From an uncultured Verrucomicrobiales bacterium (GTDB lineage: Bacteria > Verrucomicrobiota > Verrucomicrobiia > Verrucomicrobiales > DEV007): a stretch of 39,385 bases of DNA. The notes beneath the pieces are model-generated. The model worked only from the letters and a program-made list of their open reading frames with translations. It ran no database searches and was not told where the DNA came from. The stretch is taken from contig CALKOM010000098.1 in assembly GCA_938091905.1 (NCBI GenBank), positions 1-39,385 on the forward strand. Direction: 5' to 3'. Shown in pieces: positions 8,822 through 17,863 of the stretch. The stretch's first letter is position 1. Every line of letters starts with the position of its first letter. A program made the position numbers and the translations under genes.

Positions 8822-10225
8822 GTGCTATCAGTGCCCATACTGGGTCCGGCAAGGCTGCAAGGACTGCTAGACTCCATTGTGGATGTCGGTTCGCGACGCA
8901 CCTTGCAACGAGAACTCGGCAATCTTTGTAAGTCAGGTCTACTCGAACGGATAGGGCAGACTCGGGCGACCGCTTACGCCCTCACCGATCAGGGGCGTGA
9001 CACCCTGCGGGAGCAACGAGCTCGCTATCACCCGATCGACACCTCTCCGATTGAGGAGTCTGCCCTTGTCCGTGAAGATCCAGAAGACACGTATCAAGCG
9101 ACACCAGCCTCGGAACGACTCGCACTGCGAGATCAGGTTCGGCGACCTCAACAGAAACGGAAGCCGGTCGGCTACCGCCGCGAGTTTCTTGATGCGTATG
9201 AGCCCAATGCCACGCCTTACCTACCCGAAAAGCTCTGCCAAGAACTCTACGCTATCGGACAATCGGAGCACATGGCAGCAATGGAACCAGGCACCTATGC
9301 AAGGCAAGTACTCGACCGCCTGCTCATTGATCTCGCCTGGAACTCCAGTCGCTTGGAGGGCAACACCTACTCACTTCTCGAAACGGACCACCTGCTTAAG
9401 TTAGGCAAGTTGGGAGACATCGATCGTGTACGTGAGGCACAGATGATCCTGAATCACAAAGCAGCGATCGAGTTTCTCGTCGAAGCTCCTATGGAGCTAG
9501 ACTACAACAACTACACCCTATTCAATCTGCACGCTATCCTGACAGAAGGGCTACTTACCAACGCCGCTTCAGAAGGCAAGCTACGGGCCATTCCTATGGG
9601 AATCAGTGGTACGGTCTATCAGCCCGTGAACACCCCGGCGGTGATTGAAGAGTGTTTCCAGATCATTCTTCAAAAAGTCGCCATGATTAAGGAACCGTTA
9701 GAGCAGTGTTTCTTCCTTATGGTGCACCTGCCTTATTTGCAGCCCTTTGAGGATGGCAACAAACGCTCCTCCCGCTTGATTGCCAATCTACCTCTCATCC
9801 AGAACAACCTCTCTCCACTCTCGTTTATTGACATGCCCACGCGCGATTACGTCGACGGCATCTTGGCGGTTTGCGAACTCAATCACGTGGGTCTTCTTCG
9901 TGACGTCTTCGCCAATGCCTACGAACATTCGGCCAGTCGTTGCGCGAGCATTCGCCACGAGATCGGGGAGCCCAATCCGCTCTGGTTGCAATACCGCACA
10001 GATATCAAGGAACAAGTTCGGGATGTCGTCGTGCGTCAGTTGGGCAAGCTTGCAGCCGCCGACCACCTGCGTCAATGGGCACGTCAAGAGGTCACCGCTT
10101 CGGACCGCGACAAGGTTGTCGAGCTAATCGAGGAGCAACTTCTGTTACTCAACGAAGGAAACATCGCTCGCATGCGATTGCGGCCGACAGAGTACACTGC
10201 CTGGCGGCCTAACTGGCAGAAGTAA
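8822..10225 (+). CDS. Fic family protein with N-terminal winged-HTH; start uncertain
   Basis: RRTLQRELGNL..SGLLERIGQTRATAY (HTH-like); SSRLEGN inhibitory motif; Fic-like loop QPFEDGNKRSSR. Confidence 0.88.
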   Translation: MLSVPILGPARLQGLLDSIVDVGSRRTLQRELGNLCKSGLLERIGQTRATAYALTDQGRDTLREQRARYHPIDTSPIEESALVREDPEDTYQATPASERLALRDQVRRPQQKRKPVGYRREFLDAYEPNATPYLPEKLCQELYAIGQSEHMAAMEPGTYARQVLDRLLIDLAWNSSRLEGNTYSLLETDHLLKLGKLGDIDRVREAQMILNHKAAIEFLVEAPMELDYNNYTLFNLHAILTEGLLTNAASEGKLRAIPMGISGTVYQPVNTPAVIEECFQIILQKVAMIKEPLEQCFFLMVHLPYLQPFEDGNKRSSRLIANLPLIQNNLSPLSFIDMPTRDYVDGILAVCELNHVGLLRDVFANAYEHSASRCASIRHEIGEPNPLWLQYRTDIKEQVRDVVVRQLGKLAAADHLRQWARQEVTASDRDKVVELIEEQLLLLNEGNIARMRLRPTEYTAWRPNWQK

Positions 10226-12467
10226 CGCTTAAGACGAGCGCTGTCCGAGTTGGGAGGTATGCCTGAATCGTGCCATTCTCCACGGAGAACATCTGTTCTT
10301 CTGATAGTCTTCCATGTCCCGCAAAACATGAAGCGTCAGAGTCGAGACTGAGCTGGCATGCGGTCCCCGCAGGGACGGGGACCGCATAGCCTTCGTGAGA
10401 ATGCGTGGGATGAAAGTTGAAGACAAACATGAGATCACCACGGCGAAAGGCGAGCACCTGATTCGCCGCGTGAGCATGCAGGAGTTCGGCTGGCCTGCTG
10501 AGACAAGTTGCTCCGCTGACCGTGTTGATCATCGCTTCATCAAACTCTCCCAGCCCATGGTAACGCAATGCTGGATTGTCGCGGAGACTCCACTGCCTAC
10601 GTGCATAGTGACAGGACCAACCATTGCCCTCACGCGGGAAATCGAGCCATTCAGGGTGACCAAACTCATTGCCCATGAATGTGAGGTAACCGGCATCGGA
10701 AGTTGCCAGGGTAAGAAGTCGCGCAAGTTTATGTAGGGCCACGCCGCGATCTACCACTATATCGTTAGAATCACAGGCCATGCTGTCATACATGGCCGCA
10801 TCGATCAGTTGGAAGATAAACGACTTGCCGCCGACAAGTGCCTGATCGTGGCTCTCGACGTAGCTCAGTGTACGCTCGTCCTGACGCCGATTCGTCAACT
10901 CATACCACAGCTGCTCCACATTCCAATCCTCATCCGGCTTGTCGGTGAGCTTAAACCAGTGGTCTGGAACGCCCATGGCCATGCGCACATCAAACCCACA
11001 GCCGCCTTCTTCGATCGCAGCGCCAAGGCCAGGCATGCCACTCACATCTTCCGCAATCGTAATCGCATCAGGGTGGAATTCATGAATAAGTTGATTGGCA
11101 AGGGCGAGGTAGGTGTAAGCGTCCTCATCGACCGTGTGATCGAAGTAACGGTCGTAACTATTAAAGCCCACTCCCAATCCGTGATGGGTATAAAGCATGC
11201 TCGTGACCCCATCAAAGCGGAAGCCATCAATCCGAAACTCATCTAACCAGTAGCGACAATTCGAGAGCAGAAAATGGAGCACTTCGGGCTTCTGATAGTT
11301 GAAACAGCGGGAGTCCCACGCATCATGGTTCCCACGCGCCCCTTCATGAAAGTATTGATACGCCGTTCCGTCAAACGTCGAAAGCCCTTCGAGTTCATTC
11401 TTAGTCGCGTGCGAGTGCACAAGATCCATGATCACAGCGATTCCAAGCCGATGCGCCTCATCCACAAGCTCCTTTAGTTCCTCCGGCGTCCCGAAACGGG
11501 ACGAGCAAGCAAAGAAGTTGGCCACGTGATAGCCAAACGACCCATAGTAAGGATGTTCCGTTAGAGCCATGAGCTGAATCGCGTTGTAGCCCGCTTTCGC
11601 AATGCGCGGAAGCGTCTTCTCGCGGAACTCAACATAGGTACCCACCTTCGCTTCTTCCTGCGCGATTCCCACATGAGCTTCATAGACAAGAAGCGCTTGA
11701 TTCTTTCGTGAGGGACGAACGTAACGCCACGAATACTCGGAATCAGGACACCACGCTTGAGCATCAAAGGCCTTCGTCTGATCATTCTGCACCACACGCC
11801 GAGCATAGGCAGGCAAACGCTCGCCCTTTCCTCCTCGCCATGTGAGGTGCAAACGATACCGATCTTGGTGTTTCAACGCCGTTTTCGGAAAGCAGACCTC
11901 CCAATCCCCCTTCTCATTCAATCGGTCAAAAGCATAACCACGAGACGAATCCCAGTCACAGAACTCTCCAAAAACACGCATGCTTGTGGCATTCGGAGCC
12001 CACTCCCTTAGAACCCACTCCTTCTCCTTTTCATGAAGTCCGTAATACTCGTGTGCGGAGGCAAACTCACCTAGCTCTTTTCCATCAAGCAACCGGTCTT
12101 CTGTTCGTTCTCGATGCTGTCGACGACCATCCAACTTCGCCTGAAAAGGTTTCAGGTAGGGATCCTTACTCAACGGCGAAAGGATTCGTCCAGAAATTCC
12201 CTTGGAAACGGGCCAAACATGGTTAGCTGCACCGCCATCGTTGCTTTGCCAGGGCTGATCATTGGCAAGAGTCCAGATGCCATTGACCAAGTATTTATAC
12301 TCAAAGCGCACGTCCGAGATCTCGACGGTCCCTGTGAAGTTCCCGTCACCTTGAGAATCGGAAAGCTCATCGGCCTCACAATCCCAACCGTTGAAATCGC
12401 CGGCCACCGTGACCACGCTCCCAATCGGAGCCTGAACAGAGAAGATTACGCGAGTCTTGTTAGCCAT
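10209..12467 (-). CDS. glgB: 1,4-alpha-glucan branching enzyme (GH13_8-like) with extra N-terminal CBM48/AMPK-type glycogen-binding domain
   Basis: REWAPNA, YYGSFGYHV, GFRFDGVTSMLY (nucleophile), IAEDVSGMP (acid/base), ESHDQALVG, FMGNEFGHPEWLDFPREGN. N-terminal VTVAGDFNGW...YKYLVNGIW. Confidence 0.93.
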   Translation of the reverse strand: MANKTRVIFSVQAPIGSVVTVAGDFNGWDCEADELSDSQGDGNFTGTVEISDVRFEYKYLVNGIWTLANDQPWQSNDGGAANHVWPVSKGISGRILSPLSKDPYLKPFQAKLDGRRQHRERTEDRLLDGKELGEFASAHEYYGLHEKEKEWVLREWAPNATSMRVFGEFCDWDSSRGYAFDRLNEKGDWEVCFPKTALKHQDRYRLHLTWRGGKGERLPAYARRVVQNDQTKAFDAQAWCPDSEYSWRYVRPSRKNQALLVYEAHVGIAQEEAKVGTYVEFREKTLPRIAKAGYNAIQLMALTEHPYYGSFGYHVANFFACSSRFGTPEELKELVDEAHRLGIAVIMDLVHSHATKNELEGLSTFDGTAYQYFHEGARGNHDAWDSRCFNYQKPEVLHFLLSNCRYWLDEFRIDGFRFDGVTSMLYTHHGLGVGFNSYDRYFDHTVDEDAYTYLALANQLIHEFHPDAITIAEDVSGMPGLGAAIEEGGCGFDVRMAMGVPDHWFKLTDKPDEDWNVEQLWYELTNRRQDERTLSYVESHDQALVGGKSFIFQLIDAAMYDSMACDSNDIVVDRGVALHKLARLLTLATSDAGYLTFMGNEFGHPEWLDFPREGNGWSCHYARRQWSLRDNPALRYHGLGEFDEAMINTVSGATCLSRPAELLHAHAANQVLAFRRGDLMFVFNFHPTHSHEGYAVPVPAGTACQLSLDSDASCFAGHGRLSEEQMFSVENGTIQAYLPTRTALVLSVTSAS

Positions 12468-12574
12468 GCCGCCAGTCTACATCGCACGTCTTCTTTCCGC
12501 CATGGAGAAATGCCCAATCGCCACCAACTCCACCACAGAGGTATGAAAACCACCCGTGAATCTTGTTAGACAAA

Positions 12575-13468
12575 TTAAACTAACCAAAGTGGTTGAGCAC
12601 TCGTTTCGGACTCAAAACTAAGCCGATCCAACAGCGCAGGAGCTTGTGCTGGAAAGAGCATTTCTTTCCCTTGCCCAACATCATTGGGCAATCGGGCGTT
12701 TATGTGGTCAGAGAGCGCCGTCGTGCAATTTGAGCGGAGGGAGTGATAGAAACGCGGCTCTTTTTCTAACATTCGCGCTGCACATATCATGTCGACAAAG
12801 AGCTCACATCGATACCCCGGATCCGCTTTGATCGGCACAATATACAGTTGCGAGTCAGGCTCGTGTGCCCTCAGCATGGGCGAGTCCTATTCTGTCGTGA
12901 TCTGAAATCATCAACTCGAACTGCCTGAACACGCCAGGGAAAAGGCCGAAGGTTTCGCCTTCCTTTTGTCGAACCTCGATCGATACGATGACCCGCTTCT
13001 CGGAGCCGAATCGATGGCTAAACATCGTATGGGCAAAGCGATTCGAATCCGCAAGGGGTTTGATCATGAAATGACGCCATCAAGCCCTGCCAAAGAATAG
13101 GTCTCACGGGTCCATCGTTGCTTTGGCTCTCCACTCTTCGTCCAGCGGTAGTCGCGCAAATCAATGACCGAGACCTTACCGACAGAATCTCCGATCAGAA
13201 TCTTCGGAAAGCGCTGATAAGGTGCTGCCCAGTCCCGATCAGGTCCCGGTTCGAGGAAGACAAAGACGTAGGTCGCAAGCCCCAAGACAAGCGCTAGGGT
13301 TGCACATGTGATTATTACTCGACGAAACTTCCAAGCAAACACCTACAAGACCATTCCGAAGAACCACACCACCAACGGCAGCTCAAGCAACGCCACGTAT
13401 CCCGCCATGCCCAGGGACACCATGAGAATGACGAAAATCGCACTCGCTACTCTGAGTAACGTCTTCAT
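12575..13468 (-). pseudogene. DUF4105 (Lnb N-terminal-like) membrane protein, disrupted by an in-frame TAG and two frameshifts
   Basis: Hydrophobic N-terminus from ATG 13468, TAG at 13343-13345, then fragments DRDWA..., AHTMFS...SIEVRQKEGE...FRQFELM and PRFYHSLRSNCTT in successive ORFs. Confidence 0.8.
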
Positions 13469-13472
13469 GGAT

Positions 13473-15074
13473 CTAGCGCACGGCATCTGCGGCAATCCGA
13501 AACCCACGGCTCATGCTCGCTTTGCTAAGCGAATGCATGGACCGATGGGTAAGATCCACAATTTCCTTCGTCATGAAAGAGGCACCTTTCACAACTGCGG
13601 TCACTGCCCCCGGCTCGTTCGGATCAGCCTCCAACGTAGCCGTCCATTCTGAAACGTTGCCTCCCATGCCAATTAATCCCTCTGGGCTGATATCATCGCC
13701 TAACTGATCCACGCTCCCCCAAGCACTGAACCCATCGTCTTCACCACCCGCACCAGGATTGGGATCATAGTCACCTCCTGTGTTCGATTTGATCGGATCT
13801 GGATCTGCCCCCCACGGGAAATCAAATCCCTTGATCCCGCGAGCAGCACGTTCCCACTCCTCTTCGGTTGGCAAACGTCCGCCACGCCAACGTGCGTAGG
13901 CATACGCATCCCACCAGTCGACTCCCACAATGGGACAATTGATATCGATCGCCTGACCTTTGTAGATCCCACGGGCCAAGGCCGCCGCGTAGAAGTTAGA
14001 CCAATCTTTCGGCTGATGTCCTTTCTTCTGCTTGGGTTGATTGACGTGATTGTAAACGGAGGTCCCTTTTAACTCGGCAAGAAACTTTGCATACTGGGCA
14101 ATAGTGATTTCATACTGAGATAGGACGAAGTCATCGAGCTCTCGTGTTTCCCCCTTGCCAAAGACGAAGCCACCGCCAGGTATGTTGACCATCGGATTGG
14201 CTGCCGGCGTGAGAGGTTGCCGACTATGCAGCCACCACCACCCAATCCCGACCGCTAACGCTAACAGGAGCATAATCAACACGCCTAGGAGACGACTCTT
14301 GGCTTGAGTCGCCGCAAGGGACAACTCGCGCATTTCTTTCGTCTCAACCTGGGCAAGACCACTTGCCGCTTTCAATGCTGGCCCGGTCTGAACCTCAGGT
14401 GTCTCTGTCGACGTCACTTGCGCGGCAACGTTACAGGCACGAAGCAACTCCTGCCAGTCCTTGAAAACGTGTTTATGATTTGGATCCATCCGCGCAAAGA
14501 ACTGCCGTACATCGGGCAGGTGGGTATCTTCCGCTCGAAACAGGCGCCAGAAACTCTCACGAATCGCGACTAACGAATCACCAAAGGCAGAAGCTTCCGT
14601 CAGATCCGAGGTCGCAAGATTTGCAAGATACGGTTCCTCATGTATGAGCACGAGCCCCTCCGCTTGAAAAGCTCGGTAGCCTAACTGATTCTTCTCATAG
14701 TAGAGGAAAGAATCGCAAACCGCTTTCAGCAGATCCCACACCATGGTCATCTCATAGCGATTCCCTTGCGCCCGGAGACTAACGATATCCTGTCCCGCTA
14801 CCATTTCACGCGTGTAGAAGACGTGGCCATCCTGCTCGCTCGACTCGAACACTGCAGCAATGCGTGGGTGAGTCACACGGGCCTTCGCTTTCACATCTTC
14901 CTGAAAGGTCGCCACCGCCGCCGGGTCCGCACAACGATGCGGTTTCAGTAGAACAAGAGCAACCGTCCGATCGATCGTACGTTGCTTCGCAACAAAGGTC
15001 AGCGTGTCCTCGGTCTCGTGGAGGACCTCTATCAACGCGTAGTCACCAAGCTCGGAAGGAGGAAAGTCAGCCAT
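13473..15074 (-). CDS. Ser/Thr-kinase-like domain + TM helix + formylglycine-generating-enzyme (SUMF1/FGE)-like domain
   Basis: LGDYALIEVL...AKQRTIDRTVALVLL...HPRIAAVFE (kinase N-lobe); TM LLGVLIMLLLALAVGIGWWWL; YEIT.AQY, RLPTEEEWERAARG, MGGNVSEWT and GFR (FGE fold). Confidence 0.85.
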   Translation of the reverse strand: MADFPPSELGDYALIEVLHETEDTLTFVAKQRTIDRTVALVLLKPHRCADPAAVATFQEDVKAKARVTHPRIAAVFESSEQDGHVFYTREMVAGQDIVSLRAQGNRYEMTMVWDLLKAVCDSFLYYEKNQLGYRAFQAEGLVLIHEEPYLANLATSDLTEASAFGDSLVAIRESFWRLFRAEDTHLPDVRQFFARMDPNHKHVFKDWQELLRACNVAAQVTSTETPEVQTGPALKAASGLAQVETKEMRELSLAATQAKSRLLGVLIMLLLALAVGIGWWWLHSRQPLTPAANPMVNIPGGGFVFGKGETRELDDFVLSQYEITIAQYAKFLAELKGTSVYNHVNQPKQKKGHQPKDWSNFYAAALARGIYKGQAIDINCPIVGVDWWDAYAYARWRGGRLPTEEEWERAARGIKGFDFPWGADPDPIKSNTGGDYDPNPGAGGEDDGFSAWGSVDQLGDDISPEGLIGMGGNVSEWTATLEADPNEPGAVTAVVKGASFMTKEIVDLTHRSMHSLSKASMSRGFRIAADAVR

Positions 15075-15085
15075 ACCGAATCAGT

Positions 15086-16255
15086 TTAGTTCCCAAACAG
15101 CGTTGCGTCGAGTTCCCCCTCATTGCCACCACCTCGACGATTGGAAAGCAATTCTACCAAGATTCGAGGCTCCACAAGAACATCCTGGATCTCGTCGCGA
15201 TAGTAGAGCTTCACCACGAATCCAAAGAACTCACGCTCTGCTCCATCATCGAGATACGGTATATGATAGACCACATCGAGCAGTTCTTCGCTTGGCTCTT
15301 TATAATCAGGAGTCTCCGAACGCCAAGGATTCACCTCTTCCACCGGCGGTTGGGAACCATCACACGCTTCCACCTCCACGCCATTGACCAAATCAAAGAA
15401 GTAGATCTCAGGGCGCACTTCATACGGATCGATCTCATCGCCGGCGGCTGCGCGAATGCTCAGGGACAACCTCACCGTCCGCTGGCCGTTGTCATCTTTG
15501 GACACCTCATGGAATGCTGGCCCAATGCTCAATGGGCGATTGGTTAGCCCACTTGGCAGCGCTGCAGGATCTTTCCCATGGAGATAGTGCAATGATAGCG
15601 ATGCGAGTTCCCCCGCACGCTCTTCCATCGCCGCCACAGTTTGGAAGTAGGTCACCGCACTTTTCTTCTTTCCAACTTTATCAAAGACAATCCCCAATTG
15701 ATAGAGGATCGCCGGATGATCAGGCTGCAGCTCATTAGCTTCATCGAGCAACTTCAACGCCCCGATGATGTCCTGCTCAGACTCTTTCAGCTTTGCAGCC
15801 TCCAGGAGCTTCGCCGCTTCTGCCGAATGCATCTTAGGAAGACCATCCTCAGTCCACCGATCCGCTTCTGCCATTTCTGCAGTGCTCAGAATCTCATTCA
15901 TCCGCGGCGGCGGTGGAGGAATCTGCACATTCACAGCCGCTTCCGACGGCGACACACCAAAGGGACCGGACGGGAGCGGAAACATCTCATCGGCCAAGTC
16001 GCGACGCGCTTGAGACAACTTCATGTCCTCCATGGCAGCGAGTGCCTTTACCGTGAGAGCCTCCGCCTGAGCTGCCTTTGCTATCGCGACTGCCTCTCGA
16101 TCAGCCATCTCATTCTTCTCCCGATGCGCTTTCTCAATGAGCGAAGTGCCGATGCCAGCTGTAGCCAATCCCAGAAGCAACGCCACGAAACCCACGCGCG
16201 ACGGGGACATCCCCTGTGTGGTTTCCGTTGGCGCTTCTTTCTTAGTCTCAGCCAT
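15086..16255 (-). CDS. Membrane-anchored TPR-repeat protein
   Basis: N-terminal TM segment, helical and Pro-rich linker, TPR-like ALKLLDEANELQPDHPAILYQLGIVFDKVG, then a beta-rich C-terminal domain. Confidence 0.7.
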   Translation of the reverse strand: MAETKKEAPTETTQGMSPSRVGFVALLLGLATAGIGTSLIEKAHREKNEMADREAVAIAKAAQAEALTVKALAAMEDMKLSQARRDLADEMFPLPSGPFGVSPSEAAVNVQIPPPPPRMNEILSTAEMAEADRWTEDGLPKMHSAEAAKLLEAAKLKESEQDIIGALKLLDEANELQPDHPAILYQLGIVFDKVGKKKSAVTYFQTVAAMEERAGELASLSLHYLHGKDPAALPSGLTNRPLSIGPAFHEVSKDDNGQRTVRLSLSIRAAAGDEIDPYEVRPEIYFFDLVNGVEVEACDGSQPPVEEVNPWRSETPDYKEPSEELLDVVYHIPYLDDGAEREFFGFVVKLYYRDEIQDVLVEPRILVELLSNRRGGGNEGELDATLFGN

Positions 16256-16349
16256 GGTGAAGAAACTACGTCGGTAAGGGATTCACTGTCAACCTAGCGG
16301 ACTCGGTGAGATCATTGACAAATAGAGGCCACCTGCTCTGCTATTATTC

Positions 16350-17507
16350 ATGGAATCCGTTAGAATTGGACTGGTCGGCCTCGGCAACATGGGGCGTGCA
16401 CACAAAGCAAACCTTCTCGCCGGGAAGGTGAAAGGGCTAGAACTTGTCGCGGTCTGTGATCTCCCACCTGCACTCGAAGGTGTAGAGGAGGATCTGGCCA
16501 AGTTCACCGATGCCGGAGAGATGATCGCCTCTGGCAAACTCGATGCCATTCACATCGCCACGCCACACCCCTTTCACTGCGATATCGGCTGCAAAGCACT
16601 CGAAGCCGGATTGCACGTCATGATGGAGAAGCCTCTTGCCGTTCACAAAGCAGAGTGTGAGCAACTCATCGCTGCTTACAAAGACAAGAGCAAGGTCTTC
16701 GCAGCCATGTTCAATCAACGCACGGACCCTCTGTATCGGAAGCTCAAAGACCTGCTCGACAGTGGAGAGCTTGGCGAAGTTCGTCGCGTGCAATGGAATG
16801 TGACCGACTGGTTCCGCACTCAAGAATACTACGCATCCGGCGGCTGGCGCGCCACCTGGAGAGGCGAGGGTGGCGGCGTCCTGCTCAACCAATGCCCACA
16901 CAATCTCGACCTCTTCCAGTGGATGTTTGGCATGCCCAGCGAGGTCCACGGCTTCTGCAACTTTGGTCGCTACCATCAAATCGAAGTTGAGGATGATGTC
17001 AGTGCCTACTTCCGCTACCCGAACGGCTGCAACGCCCTCTTCGTCACCTCCACCGGTGAAGCCCCTGGTGTGAATCGGTTAGAAGTCGTCGGCGAACAAG
17101 GCCTGGTCCGTCTTGAAGACGGCACCCTGCATTTCCGTCGCAATCGCACCCCCATGAGCGAGTTCAGTAACGAGACCCCTTCGTCCTTCACTCAGCCTGA
17201 AGTCTGGGACACCACAATTCCAGTCGATGGCGAAGCCGGCCAGCATCTCGAGATCTTGCAGAATTTCACGAACGCCATCCTCCACGGGGAAACGCTCATT
17301 TCCCCAGCAATCGAGGGTATCCACTCAGTGGAACTCGCCAACGCAGTCCTCTACTCAGCCTGGCAGAACGAGACTATTAAGCTACCGTTAGACTCCAGTG
17401 CTTACAAAAGTGAGCTGCAAGACCGCATCGACAAGTCGACGTTTAAGAAACGCGAGCCACGCAAGACAGGTGGCGCCTCAGCTGACGACTTCGCCAAGAG
17501 CTTTTAA
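16350..17507 (+). CDS. Gfo/Idh/MocA family oxidoreductase
   Basis: IGLVGLGNMG, IATPHPFH, MEKPL and GGGVLLNQCPHNLD motifs. Confidence 0.92.
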   Translation: MESVRIGLVGLGNMGRAHKANLLAGKVKGLELVAVCDLPPALEGVEEDLAKFTDAGEMIASGKLDAIHIATPHPFHCDIGCKALEAGLHVMMEKPLAVHKAECEQLIAAYKDKSKVFAAMFNQRTDPLYRKLKDLLDSGELGEVRRVQWNVTDWFRTQEYYASGGWRATWRGEGGGVLLNQCPHNLDLFQWMFGMPSEVHGFCNFGRYHQIEVEDDVSAYFRYPNGCNALFVTSTGEAPGVNRLEVVGEQGLVRLEDGTLHFRRNRTPMSEFSNETPSSFTQPEVWDTTIPVDGEAGQHLEILQNFTNAILHGETLISPAIEGIHSVELANAVLYSAWQNETIKLPLDSSAYKSELQDRIDKSTFKKREPRKTGGASADDFAKSF

Positions 17508-17533
17508 AGGGGCGGGAGCCTGCTGTCCTCCAT

Positions 17534-17700
17534 TCAATTCGATGCTACGGTAATGCGGAATCTCAAGAAACGGCGGGATGACAACCCTTCGACAGCCACG
17601 GCATCTCGCACACGCCACATGGTTGGCGATTCCTCAAGGACGGCAATGGAACTCTTCCCCCATGCCAGCCATCCAACCGCGGCCACCGATCCCGCGTCTT
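17534..17700 (-). pseudogene. C-terminal remnant of a secreted verrucomicrobial-type protein
   Basis: Manual translation ...IAVLEESPTMWRVRDAVAVEGLSSRRFLRFRITVASN*, with LDGWHG just upstream in a shifted frame. Resembles the C-termini of the 21394 and 30313 proteins. Confidence 0.4.
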
Positions 17701-17863
17701 TACGCAGGGCATGTCGACAGAGTTGCTTCTAAAAAGCAGAAAATTTAACTTTTAAATCGACTATGTATTTGCAAAGAATATCTCTATATGTCGCTTTGTA
17801 GTTTCTCCCGAGAGATTCTCTGGTAACCAAGTGAGCTAATTCCAACTCAAGTCGCTCCTGGTC

